24,000 nucleotides of DNA from Bacteroides thetaiotaomicron (GTDB taxonomy: Bacteria > Bacillota > Clostridia > Lachnospirales > Lachnospiraceae): NCBI GenBank assembly GCA_034142505.1, contig JAWZDV010000062.1, positions 119,112 through 143,111 of the forward strand, written 5' to 3'. Made by a program: the position numbers and the translations under genes. Shown one piece after another: positions 1-7,811 of this stretch (position 1 is its first letter; every line of letters begins with the position of its first letter). Below the pieces are notes generated by a model. The model made no database searches and was not told the DNA's origin. It saw only the letters and a list, made by a program, of their open reading frames with translations.

Positions 1-332
1 TGCAAAATCCCGCACTCTTCCCCGCTCCGGCAGTCCGACAGCATGATACACGGATGCAGCGCCCTGCCGTCCCCATCCACCATCACCAGCCCGCTCATAT
101 GCCCGGAGAACGAAACTGCCTCAATCTCCGAAAGTTCCACCAGCTCCGAAAGTCTCAAGAATCCGGTCCTTAACGCCTTCTCCCAATCCTCCGTCCTCTG
201 CACCAGATGCCCGGGCCCCGGCGTGCCGGTCGGATACCCCTCCGTCACAACTGCCTGCACCCTGGTCTTCTCATCCATCACCAGCAGTTTCAGCTGGGAT
301 GACCCTAAATCAATTGCCAATATTAACGGCAT
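1..332 (-). CDS. FGGY-family carbohydrate kinase (xylulokinase-like), N-terminal part; the gene runs off the left edge
   Basis: Absent from the ORF track because no stop lies in the window. Hand translation of the minus strand from ATG 332..330 gives MPLILAIDLGSSQLKLLVMDEKTRVQAVVTEGYPTGTPGPGHLVQRTEDWEKALRTGFLRLSELVELSEIEAVSFSGHMSGLVMVDGDGRALHPCIMLSDCRSGEECGIL... AIDLGSS (phosphate-binding loop) and SG.M.G.V..D..G....P.I...D.R are FGGY N-domain hallmarks. A GAGGGGGA RBS lies about 6 nt upstream and an in-frame TAA at 336..338 closes the frame. The gene overlaps the upstream gene by 10 nt. Confidence 0.8.
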   Translation of the reverse strand, partial: MPLILAIDLGSSQLKLLVMDEKTRVQAVVTEGYPTGTPGPGHLVQRTEDWEKALRTGFLRLSELVELSEIEAVSFSGHMSGLVMVDGDGRALHPCIMLSDCRSGEECGIL

Positions 333-1102
333 CCCTTATCCCCCTCAGACATTCCGGGTAACGGCAGATTATCTTCTCCAGTTCCCTCCTTCAGCATCCC
401 GCATATGTTCTCAACGACCTTGTCAATAATCTCCCGCCCCTTTTCTGCCGAAGCCTGGGTGGCGTCCCCCAAAACTGCCACATCCATAAGCTCCGTCCAC
501 CTCGTCGGCGTGTAATCAAACTCCGGTGGAAATTCCGGATACTGGCAGACCGCCTTCCCCATATCCACCTTCTCCGGGCACAGATACAGCATATACGACG
601 TCTCAATCTCACACGCGTGGAAATACCCTTGATGTGGCAGGGGTGCCGTGCACACCTTCCGGATCGTCTCATCCGCCCCCGGATAGGTAAACAGATACAC
701 CTTGATGGGGCAGCTGTCATAGAGAATTCTGGCTGCCGCCTTCATCGTCCCCGCATTTCCCACATGGGTATTGATGATCGCCAGCTTTTTGATTCCCGCC
801 TGCCAGACTCCCTCTCCGATCCGCGCCAGAAACCGGCTCAGGATCTCATCCGGCACATGGATGCTTCCCGGCGCTTTCTGTAATGACCACACCTGCCCGT
901 AGGGGACCGTGGGAAGAATCAGACAGTGTTCCTCCCCCAGCTTTTCCTCCACCTTCTTCACCAGCGCTTCCACCAGATAGGTGTCCGTCCCCAGCGGCAG
1001 ATGATTCCCATGGACCTCCGTGGCCCCGATAGGAAGAATCGCCGTCACATCCCGGTCTTTCAGCCCTGCCGCCTGTTCCTGATTCAAATCCGCATACATC
1101 AT
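323..1102 (-). CDS. Creatininase-family amidohydrolase (creatinine amidohydrolase / ArfB / MftE superfamily)
   Basis: 259-aa ORF. The N-terminal signature ILPIGATEVHGNHLPLGTDT and later INTHVGN and HACEIETS match the metal-ligand motifs of the creatininase fold (PF02633-type). It follows the upstream gene after an 11-nt gap. Confidence 0.85.
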   Translation of the reverse strand: MMYADLNQEQAAGLKDRDVTAILPIGATEVHGNHLPLGTDTYLVEALVKKVEEKLGEEHCLILPTVPYGQVWSLQKAPGSIHVPDEILSRFLARIGEGVWQAGIKKLAIINTHVGNAGTMKAAARILYDSCPIKVYLFTYPGADETIRKVCTAPLPHQGYFHACEIETSYMLYLCPEKVDMGKAVCQYPEFPPEFDYTPTRWTELMDVAVLGDATQASAEKGREIIDKVVENICGMLKEGTGEDNLPLPGMSEGDKGCR

Positions 1103-1113
1103 CGCTCATTCCC

Positions 1114-2085
1114 TCATTTCTTAAATGTAAAACACCGTCTCGGGTTATGGATAAAGATATCCTCCGCCAGCGCCAGACCGTCAAGCCCCGCGGCATCCGC
1201 CTCCTCAACCAGCCGGTCCACCCAGGTTTCCTTGATATACGCAAGCCCCAGCGCGTACGTATAACTCCTGTAATAACTCCTCCTGGCCGTATCCCCGCTG
1301 ACCAGAATCTGTTTCTGATACCCCCGCTTCGCCAGCTCCAGGATACACCCGATTCTCACCGATTCCGGATTGTATTTCACCTTCGCAATCCCGTCAAAGC
1401 AAAGAAATGCTCCCGTATCCGCAATCTTTAAATGGTAATACGGATCAGGATTCCGGTCCATATGTCCAAAGCTGACACAAGATAAATCCACCCCCTCCTC
1501 CCGGATATATCTCATCTGCTCCAGCGCCATAGTCCCCGCTTCCGTGTGGGAATGCACCGGCGCTCCCGTAGCCAGATGGGCCCGGCATCCCGCCCGGATT
1601 GTCTTTATTTCCAGCGGCGAAATGCTGTTATAACCGGTTCCGAACTTCACCTGTCCGCCCCTCACACCGGTTCCCTGCATTCCCACTTCCACTTCATCAA
1701 TGACAAACCGGGTCAGTTCCTCGACGGAAGCCTGGTCAATCCACTCCTGATAGGTTCTCTCCTCACCCGGCATCCTTGCATCCCACAAAAAGCCTTTATT
1801 AAACCCGGCTGTCCCGATGATTTTCATTCCTGTATGCAGGGATATCTGATACACCGCCTCCGGGTCTCTTCCGTAATCAACCGCCGTGGCGTCCACAATG
1901 GTATCCACCCCGGCCGCCTTCGCCAGCCGCACCTCCTCCTCACTCTTAGCCGGATCATCCAGCAGCAGATCCACCTGCCCCCGCTCCATCCAATAGGCCG
2001 GACGGCATACAATATGCTCATGAGAATAGGTGAACCCCATCTCCTCAGGCAATATATCACCTGTCATCGTTCTGACAAAACTCAT
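1114..2085 (-). CDS. Phosphotriesterase-homology protein (PTE/PHP family amidohydrolase; probable lactonase)
   Basis: The translation has GFTYSHEHI (the HxH metal motif), VKFGTGY, HSHTE, FGHMD and LVSGDTAR, which fit the binuclear-metal TIM-barrel PTE family. I prefer the ATG at 2085 (MSFVRTMTGD..., AAGGTGG RBS 4-5 nt upstream) over the ORF-track start at 2100, which has no spaced RBS. Confidence 0.85.
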   Translation of the reverse strand: MSFVRTMTGDILPEEMGFTYSHEHIVCRPAYWMERGQVDLLLDDPAKSEEEVRLAKAAGVDTIVDATAVDYGRDPEAVYQISLHTGMKIIGTAGFNKGFLWDARMPGEERTYQEWIDQASVEELTRFVIDEVEVGMQGTGVRGGQVKFGTGYNSISPLEIKTIRAGCRAHLATGAPVHSHTEAGTMALEQMRYIREEGVDLSCVSFGHMDRNPDPYYHLKIADTGAFLCFDGIAKVKYNPESVRIGCILELAKRGYQKQILVSGDTARRSYYRSYTYALGLAYIKETWVDRLVEEADAAGLDGLALAEDIFIHNPRRCFTFKK

Positions 2086-2106
2086 TCTTCCACCTTCCAT
2101 CCTTAT

Positions 2107-3057
2107 CTAATTTTTCGCCGCCTTCATTTGATTCAGCGCTACCATCACTGCAATCACCACACCCTGGCAAATGAATTTCCCAGCCTCGGAAATCCCCAAT
2201 ATGGTCATCAGACTTTTCAGAATCGTCAAAATCAAAACCCCTGGAAATGTACCCTCCAGGCTGCCCACACCCCCGGTAAATGCCGCGCCGCCGATCACGG
2301 AAGACGCGATGGAATCCAGCGTATAATCGGTTCCGATATCCACCGATGCCACTCCGATATAAGCCGAAAGCATAATTCCTGCCACCCCCGCCAGCAGCGC
2401 TCCAATCACATAGGCTGAAATCGTAATCCAGTCCGACCGGAACCCGGACAGCTTCGAAGCCGCCGGATTGGCCCCCGTCATATAGAGCTTCCGCCCGTAT
2501 GTCGTCTTATGTAACACAAAGGAAACCACAATCCAGATCGCCACCCAGATCAGTACCGCAACAGGGATTCCTCCAAACCATCCCTCCGACAAAAACCGGA
2601 TCTCCTGGGCAATGCTTCCCCTGGCAATTCCCTGGGTGTAAAGATAATACCCGCCCTGGATGATCACCGACATGGCCATCGTCACCAGAAACGGCTGCAT
2701 CTGAAACTTCACAATGATAAATCCATTTAAAAATCCAATCACCATACAGAGCGCCAGAGACAGAAACACCGCCTCTGCCATATGCTCCCTGCTTCCGTTC
2801 ATCATGGAGGCCATCACCAGATTCACCATGGAGACTGTGGCCCCCAGCGACAGATCCAGTCCTCCCGCCAGCAGAATCACCGTCTGCCCCATCGCCGCAA
2901 TCCCCAGCGGAGCCGCACTCCTGGCAATATTCAGCAGATGGGCTGGGGAGACATTTCCCTGGGTCGCTCCCAGAAATACCACAATCACCGCCGCCAGCAG
3001 CCCATAGATTCCAAAGGGAAAGGAGCTGTACCGATATCGTTTCTTCCATTGGCTCAT
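2107..3057 (-). CDS. Sugar ABC transporter permease (CUT2 / RbsC-like, BPD_transp_2)
   Basis: 316-aa highly hydrophobic protein with multiple predicted TM helices and the AG(G)IDLS(V/L)G motif (LLAGGLDLSLGA) typical of ribose-type permeases. An ATGA start/stop overlap with the upstream permease lies at 3054..3057. Confidence 0.9.
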   Translation of the reverse strand: MSQWKKRYRYSSFPFGIYGLLAAVIVVFLGATQGNVSPAHLLNIARSAAPLGIAAMGQTVILLAGGLDLSLGATVSMVNLVMASMMNGSREHMAEAVFLSLALCMVIGFLNGFIIVKFQMQPFLVTMAMSVIIQGGYYLYTQGIARGSIAQEIRFLSEGWFGGIPVAVLIWVAIWIVVSFVLHKTTYGRKLYMTGANPAASKLSGFRSDWITISAYVIGALLAGVAGIMLSAYIGVASVDIGTDYTLDSIASSVIGGAAFTGGVGSLEGTFPGVLILTILKSLMTILGISEAGKFICQGVVIAVMVALNQMKAAKN

Positions 3058-3998
3058 ACCGTCTTCCTCCTTTTCAACTGGAACAGCATCATCGAGAACA
3101 TCAGAAGCAGTCCCTTGATGATATACTGGTAATAGGGCGAGATGCCCAGATTGTTCATAATATTGTTAATCAGCGATAAGATCACCGCGCCGCACAGCGC
3201 CCCTGCCACGCTTCCGATTCCGCCGTTCATGGAAACACCGCCGATCACTGCCGCCGCCACCGAATCCATGGCGTAGCTGTCCCCCACCAGCGGATTCCCG
3301 CTGGAAATCCTGGCCGACAGGATGATTCCCGCAAAAGCCGAGATCATACCGGAGATCACATAAACCAGCACCGTCATTTTCTTCGTGTCAATACCCGACT
3401 GGCTGGCATAGAGCTCCCCATTTCCCATGGCATACACCCTGCGGCCGAACCTGGTATAGTGGAACAGTACGTAAAACAGCAGATACAGCGCCACGGTCAG
3501 AAGAAACGCCACGGAAAAAATGCCCCATTTTGTCTTAATCAGCCGGACAAATCCCTGGTTCACCTTCCCGCCGGAGCTGGGCATCAGAATCAGTGCAATG
3601 CCCTTTAAAAATGCCTGGGTGGAGATGGTGATAATCATGGCCGGAATCCGGAATTTCGAAACGCCGATTCCGTTGACCAGTCCCGTCAGCCCGCCTGCCG
3701 CCATCGCAAACGTCATGCCAAGAAGCAGACCTCCCACACTGTCCCCGCTGAACATGGCAATACAGATGGTGCTCATGGAGATCACGGAACTGACCGACAT
3801 GTCAATCCCACCTACAAACAAAACCGTACACTGTGCCACCGACACAATCGCCAGCACCGCCGTCTGCGTCAGCACATTCCGGATATTGGCGGCCGTAAAA
3901 AATCTGGATGATGCAAAGGAAGCAGCCATCACCATGATGACCATAATCACCAGAGACGGAACCGCCTGTTTCATATGGGCTTTCACCGAGCCTGTCAT
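3054..3998 (-). CDS. Sugar ABC transporter permease (CUT2 / RbsC-like), second subunit
   Basis: 314-aa hydrophobic protein with the FVGGIDMSVSS motif, paralogous to the 2107..3057 product. It overlaps the ATPase gene by 4 nt (3995..3998). Confidence 0.9.
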   Translation of the reverse strand: MTGSVKAHMKQAVPSLVIMVIMVMAASFASSRFFTAANIRNVLTQTAVLAIVSVAQCTVLFVGGIDMSVSSVISMSTICIAMFSGDSVGGLLLGMTFAMAAGGLTGLVNGIGVSKFRIPAMIITISTQAFLKGIALILMPSSGGKVNQGFVRLIKTKWGIFSVAFLLTVALYLLFYVLFHYTRFGRRVYAMGNGELYASQSGIDTKKMTVLVYVISGMISAFAGIILSARISSGNPLVGDSYAMDSVAAAVIGGVSMNGGIGSVAGALCGAVILSLINNIMNNLGISPYYQYIIKGLLLMFSMMLFQLKRRKTV

Positions 3999-5509
3999 AC
4001 TGCCGCCTCCTTTCTGCTGTTTGCGGATAACTGCATGATCTTCTCCTCCGTCGCTTCCGCCCCCATCAGGGAACCGGATATCTCTCCCTCATACATCACA
4101 TAGATCTTATCGGAAATGCCGATCAGCTCCAGCATATCGCTGGTAAATACGATTACGCTGATTCCCTTCTTTGTCAGTTCCCGGATCAGCTGGTAGATCT
4201 CCAGCTTCGACTGCACGTCGATGCCTCTCGTCGGCTCATGGAGCACCAGAATATCCGGCTCCGTCTTGATCCATTTGGAAAACACGATCTTTTGCTGGTT
4301 CCCGCCCGATAAACTGGCCGCCGCCTGCCGCTGGTCGTTCAGCTTGATATTTAAACGTTCAATGCCCGATGCAATCTCCTTTAAGGAACTGCTTTTATTC
4401 ACCAGTCCCATTCTGGAATTGCGTTTCAGGGACAGGGATAAGATATTCTCCCCGCAGGACAGCACAAGAAACAGCCCTTCCGCCTTTCTGTCGTCGGAGA
4501 CAAAGGCGATCTTATGTTTCACCGCCGCCACCGGGCTGTGGATTTTCTCAGGTTTTCCACCGATGAAATATTCCCCGGAGGTAAATGGTCTGATGCCAAA
4601 CAGCGCCCGGCTCAGTTCCCTCTGTCCCTGCCCTTCCAAACCGCCGATCCCGATCACCGAACCGGCCGGTATCTTCAAATTAATATTTCTGACCTTGCTG
4701 CCTACACAGGCATTCTTTAACTCTAATTTTATCTCCTCCGGACACGTCTCATTCCGTGGCGGATAAGCGTTCTTAAATTCCCTCCCCACCATCCGGCTGA
4801 TGATCTCGTCACTGTCCGTCTCCTCCATGGGAGATGCATACACAAAACTGCCGTCCTTCAACACAATCACCCGGTCACAGGTGGCGAAGATATCCTCCAT
4901 CCGGTGGCTGATCACAATCACCGCCACTCCCTGCTTCTTGATCCGGTTGATAAACGCAAACAGCTGGTTGGACTCCGCTTTATTGAGACTGGATGTGGGC
5001 TCGTCAAAAATCAGCACCCGGGGCTTGTCCGCCCAGGCCTTGGCAATCTCCACAATCTGACGGCTGGCCGGCGTCAAATCCCGGACCAGCGCATGGACGT
5101 CGATGGAGAACCCCACGTCCTTCAGGATCTCTCCCGCTTTCTCATGAAGCTCCTTCTGCCGGATGAGACCGTGGGACTTTGGCTCCTGGCCCAGCATAAT
5201 ATTCTCCCCCACCGTCATTTCCTTCATCAGGCTCAGTTCCTGGTGGACAAAGGCGATCCCCAGTTCCCTGGCCTGTCTGGGACTTGTAAAGTGGCATTCC
5301 CGGCCATCCACCCACACACTGCCCGAGGTTGGGGTGAGACCGCCGCTCAAAAGATTCATAAGCGTGGATTTCCCCGCCCCATTTTCCCCCGCCAGCGCGA
5401 TGCCTTCTCCCCCGGCACATTGAATGGAAACATCCGACAACACCACATTTCCGTTAAATGCCTTGGAAAGATGTCTCCCCTCTACGATGATTTTCCTGTT
5501 TTCTGCCAT
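3995..5509 (-). CDS. Sugar ABC transporter ATP-binding protein, fused double NBD (RbsA/MglA/XylG type)
   Basis: 504 aa. Walker A is GENGAGKST, Walker B is VLIFDEPTSSL, and the signature LSGGNQQK plus LVLHEPTRGID lie in the second half. The degenerate second P-loop (GLEGQGQRE) is typical of the CUT2 family. Confidence 0.95.
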   Translation of the reverse strand: MAENRKIIVEGRHLSKAFNGNVVLSDVSIQCAGGEGIALAGENGAGKSTLMNLLSGGLTPTSGSVWVDGRECHFTSPRQARELGIAFVHQELSLMKEMTVGENIMLGQEPKSHGLIRQKELHEKAGEILKDVGFSIDVHALVRDLTPASRQIVEIAKAWADKPRVLIFDEPTSSLNKAESNQLFAFINRIKKQGVAVIVISHRMEDIFATCDRVIVLKDGSFVYASPMEETDSDEIISRMVGREFKNAYPPRNETCPEEIKLELKNACVGSKVRNINLKIPAGSVIGIGGLEGQGQRELSRALFGIRPFTSGEYFIGGKPEKIHSPVAAVKHKIAFVSDDRKAEGLFLVLSCGENILSLSLKRNSRMGLVNKSSSLKEIASGIERLNIKLNDQRQAAASLSGGNQQKIVFSKWIKTEPDILVLHEPTRGIDVQSKLEIYQLIRELTKKGISVIVFTSDMLELIGISDKIYVMYEGEISGSLMGAEATEEKIMQLSANSRKEAAV

Positions 5510-5529
5510 AAGCTACCTCATATAAGACA

Positions 5530-5556
5530 GGCTGGACAAACGTCGCCTGTCCAGCC
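5530..5556 (-). terminator. Intra-operon stem-loop between the SBP and ATPase genes (partial terminator or mRNA stabiliser)
   Basis: Perfect 9-bp stem GGCTGGACA (5530..5538) / TGTCCAGCC (5548..5556) with a 9-nt loop, 14 nt after the SBP stop. On the minus strand it is followed by UGUCUUAU, which is only weakly U-rich. Confidence 0.45.
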
Positions 5557-5569
5557 CTTATTCTGATTA

Positions 5570-6736
5570 CTAGTTACTGAAAATACTCTTCAACACGTCC
5601 TCCGGCAATTCGGTTCCACACCATACATCGTCCGATAAATCCTGATGCACGTAGTCCGGCATCTCCTCCGTCTTGATAGTCATAACCGGATAAATGTCAT
5701 CCTTTTTCACTTCCTCGCCGTTCATCAGCTTGATGGCATTCTCAATTCCCACTCTGGCCAGCCAGGTCGGCTTGGAAACGGCGATTCCCTCCATATTGTT
5801 GGCAATACAGGCTTTCAGATAACCGTTGTTATCCTCACCTGTCATGGGAACCAGATCACGTTTTGCCGCATTGTAAGAGTCGATGGCTCCCAGAGTCATA
5901 GCGCCGCCCTGTGACCATACGCCGTCGATCTCCGGGTAAGTCGCCAGCAGGTCGGTGGTCACGGTCTTGGCCGCCGCGTAATCCCAGTTGGCATCCTCAG
6001 CCGCAAGAACCTTGATGTCCGGATACTGATCAAAGACGGACTGCGCGCCCTCGTAACGGAGGGTGTTGGTAGATAAGCCGGAGATTCCGTTTAACACGAC
6101 AACGTTTCCCTTACCGCCCATCTGGTTTGCCAGCCACTGGGCTCCCGTAGCGCCGAAATCCTTCTCATCCACGGTTACCAGCGTGTCATAACAGTCGCCG
6201 TCCACCGTCGCACACAGAAGAACCACTTTGATTCCCGCTTCCCGCGCTTCCTCTAACGTACTGTTGATGGCCGTGGTATCACACGGTGTGGTAATGATCA
6301 CGTCCACATCCTGCGCGATCAAATCCTCCAGATTGGCAATCTGCTTGCTCACATCATTGTCCGACTGCACGTAGGTCACTTCCAGATCATCCTTGTATAA
6401 ATTCTCCGCGTTCCACTTGAATTCCTGATAAAGCTGCACAGACCAGGAGTTGCCGAGATAATAAATATCATAGCCGACCCGTATCTTTTCTCCCGTCTTG
6501 TTCTCCACCTTGGCGGCCGCCTCCGCCGCTTTCGCACCTGCGGTCCCGCTCTCACTCTCCTTGGCTGCCTCCGTCTGCGTCTCACTTTCTTTTGGCGCTT
6601 CCGTCTCTGCCGGAGCCGCCGTCGTCGCCGCCACATCCGCGGCCGGCTTGGAGCATCCCGTAAGCGCTCCCGCCGCCATCATGGCAACCGCCAGGGAACA
6701 TGCTGCTGTTTTTCGGAACAAGTTGTCTCTTTTCAT
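5570..6736 (-). CDS. Sugar ABC transporter substrate-binding lipoprotein (type I PBP, RbsB-like)
   Basis: Signal peptide plus lipobox MKRDNLFRKTAACSLAVAMMAAGALTGC, then an Ala/Glu/Thr-rich tether, then a periplasmic-binding-protein fold (IRVGYDIYYLGNSW..., VDVIITTP, VVVLNG). I prefer the ATG at 6736 (GGAGG at 6744..6748, 7-nt spacer) over the ORF-track TTG at 6772, which sits at or upstream of the predicted transcription start. Confidence 0.9.
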   Translation of the reverse strand: MKRDNLFRKTAACSLAVAMMAAGALTGCSKPAADVAATTAAPAETEAPKESETQTEAAKESESGTAGAKAAEAAAKVENKTGEKIRVGYDIYYLGNSWSVQLYQEFKWNAENLYKDDLEVTYVQSDNDVSKQIANLEDLIAQDVDVIITTPCDTTAINSTLEEAREAGIKVVLLCATVDGDCYDTLVTVDEKDFGATGAQWLANQMGGKGNVVVLNGISGLSTNTLRYEGAQSVFDQYPDIKVLAAEDANWDYAAAKTVTTDLLATYPEIDGVWSQGGAMTLGAIDSYNAAKRDLVPMTGEDNNGYLKACIANNMEGIAVSKPTWLARVGIENAIKLMNGEEVKKDDIYPVMTIKTEEMPDYVHQDLSDDVWCGTELPEDVLKSIFSN

Positions 6737-6781
6737 AATGAATCCTCCATTTCTCTTTCGTTGCATCAACAAGATAGCTAT

Positions 6782-6810
6782 ATGATATCATTATTTAGTT
6801 GACTAGTCAA
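6782..6810 (-). promoter_or_regulatory. Putative sigma-A promoter of the ABC/hydrolase/kinase operon
   Basis: Read on the minus strand: TTGACT (6810..6805), a 17-nt spacer, then TATCAT (6787..6782), about 40 nt upstream of the 6736 start. The -35 box lies inside the TTGACTAGTCAA palindrome. Confidence 0.45.
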
Positions 6811-6813
6811 GTA
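6796..6813. promoter_or_regulatory. Palindromic operator candidate TAgTTGACTAGTCAAgTA (GntR/HutC-type)
   Basis: Perfect 12-bp palindrome TTGACTAGTCAA at 6799..6810, extendable to 18 bp with one mismatched pair. The central CTAG core resembles operators of HutC-subfamily regulators such as the NagR/DasR class. An extra half-site TAGTCAA lies at 6834..6840. Confidence 0.55.
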
Positions 6814-6894
6814 TATCTTTTGGCTAATTCTTATAGTCAATCCAAGCTTAAACGCAAAGATTATATACTATATTGACAATTATCAGTATTTGTG

Positions 6895-6927
6895 CCGATT
6901 GACAATCGGTTAGACCTATGGTACATT
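6895..6927 (+). promoter_or_regulatory. Putative promoter of the GntR/HutC gene with an overlapping inverted repeat
   Basis: TTGACA (6899..6904), a 17-nt spacer, then TACATT (6922..6927). The inverted repeat CCGATTG-a-CAATCGG (6895..6909) covers the -35 box. ATTGACAAT occurs twice (6872..6880 and 6898..6906). Confidence 0.4.
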
Positions 6928-6964
6928 TATTTCATAATATTTAGTAACTACACTAAGGGGAAAC

Positions 6965-7750
6965 ATGGAAAACAGCCTTTTTAATACGATCAACGAACAT
7001 TCGCATATGCCCTACTATGTTCAAATCAAATGCTACCTCCGCCAGATCATCAAAGAGATCGGCCCCAACGCCCTGGTTCCCAGCGAAAAAGAGCTGGCCG
7101 ACAAATTTGGCGTCAGCCGTGGAACCGCCAAACAGGCGATCATGGATCTGGTCTATGAGGGCGTCCTGTACCGCAAGCAGGGGAAGGGGACGTTCACGGC
7201 GAGCCACATTGCCAGAACCTATGACCGGCTCCCCACCTTCACCCAGGACATCATCCGTTCCGGCCGGTCCGCCACCTGCCGGCCGCTCAAATTCAACCGC
7301 TCCGCCCCGGCCCAGAGAGCCAGGGTATTCTTTGAGCTGGCCGATGAGGAGACCGTCATCCGCTACAAACGTCTCGTCCTGGACAATAACGAGCCTATCG
7401 CGGTGGTCAGCAGTTTTTTAAACGGCCATCTCTATCATGGACTGGAACTGGCCGACATCGAAGATTCCCTGTACGACGCCCTGGACAAGAAGTTCCAGGC
7501 CGCTCCAACCCAGGCTCATGACACATACAGCATTGCGGAGATCTCACCCAAGACAGCCGCACTGCTTGGCCAGCCGGAGAACAGCATGATTATCTACTCG
7601 GAACGTCTCGCCTATCTCTCCGACGGCACCCCCGCGGAATTTGTGGAGAGCGTAATACGGGCCGATAAATTTAAACTGGAAGTGGATTACAGAAGCCGGG
7701 AAAAGGACGACAACGCCGCCTCTCCCGTAGAAGTGAATTTTAGAATTTAA
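6965..7750 (+). CDS. GntR-family transcriptional regulator, HutC subfamily (wHTH + UTRA effector domain)
   Basis: 261 aa. The N-terminal wHTH is LVPSEKELADKFGVSRGTAKQAIMDLVYEGVLYRKQGKGTFTA. The C-terminal ~160 aa have the UTRA pattern (..IRYKRLVLDNNEPIAVVSSFL..., ..SERLAYLSDGTPAEFVESVIRADKFKL). An AAGGGGA RBS is present. The gene is divergent from the ABC operon. Confidence 0.92.
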   Translation: MENSLFNTINEHSHMPYYVQIKCYLRQIIKEIGPNALVPSEKELADKFGVSRGTAKQAIMDLVYEGVLYRKQGKGTFTASHIARTYDRLPTFTQDIIRSGRSATCRPLKFNRSAPAQRARVFFELADEETVIRYKRLVLDNNEPIAVVSSFLNGHLYHGLELADIEDSLYDALDKKFQAAPTQAHDTYSIAEISPKTAALLGQPENSMIIYSERLAYLSDGTPAEFVESVIRADKFKLEVDYRSREKDDNAASPVEVNFRI

Positions 7751-7765
7751 TGAAATACACTGCAA

Positions 7766-7795
7766 AGACAGGAGAACCGAATGGCCCTCCTGTCT
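7766..7795. terminator. Bidirectional rho-independent terminator between convergent genes
   Basis: 9-bp stem AGACAGGAG (7766..7774) / CTCCTGTCT (7787..7795) with a 12-nt loop. It is followed on the plus strand by GTCCTTTTACTTTCTCTT and on the minus strand by TTGCAGTGTATTT. It sits between the stop codons at 7750 and 7812. Confidence 0.6.
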
Positions 7796-7811
7796 GTCCT
7801 TTTACTTTCTC

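Noticed and set aside
43-429. 128-aa plus-strand ORF at the left edge
   Set aside because: It is antisense to the hand-translated FGGY kinase N-terminus and the creatininase 3' end, both of which have strong family motifs. Its translation is low-complexity Ser/Pro/Thr-rich and it has no RBS. It is a typical shadow ORF in GC-rich coding DNA.
6376-6636. 86-aa extremely Arg-rich ORF (MWRRRRRLRQRRKRQKK...) on the minus strand
   Set aside because: It is an alternative frame of the Ala/Glu-rich tether of the SBP lipoprotein (GCN/GAR codons read out of frame as CGN/AGR). It has no independent start signals.
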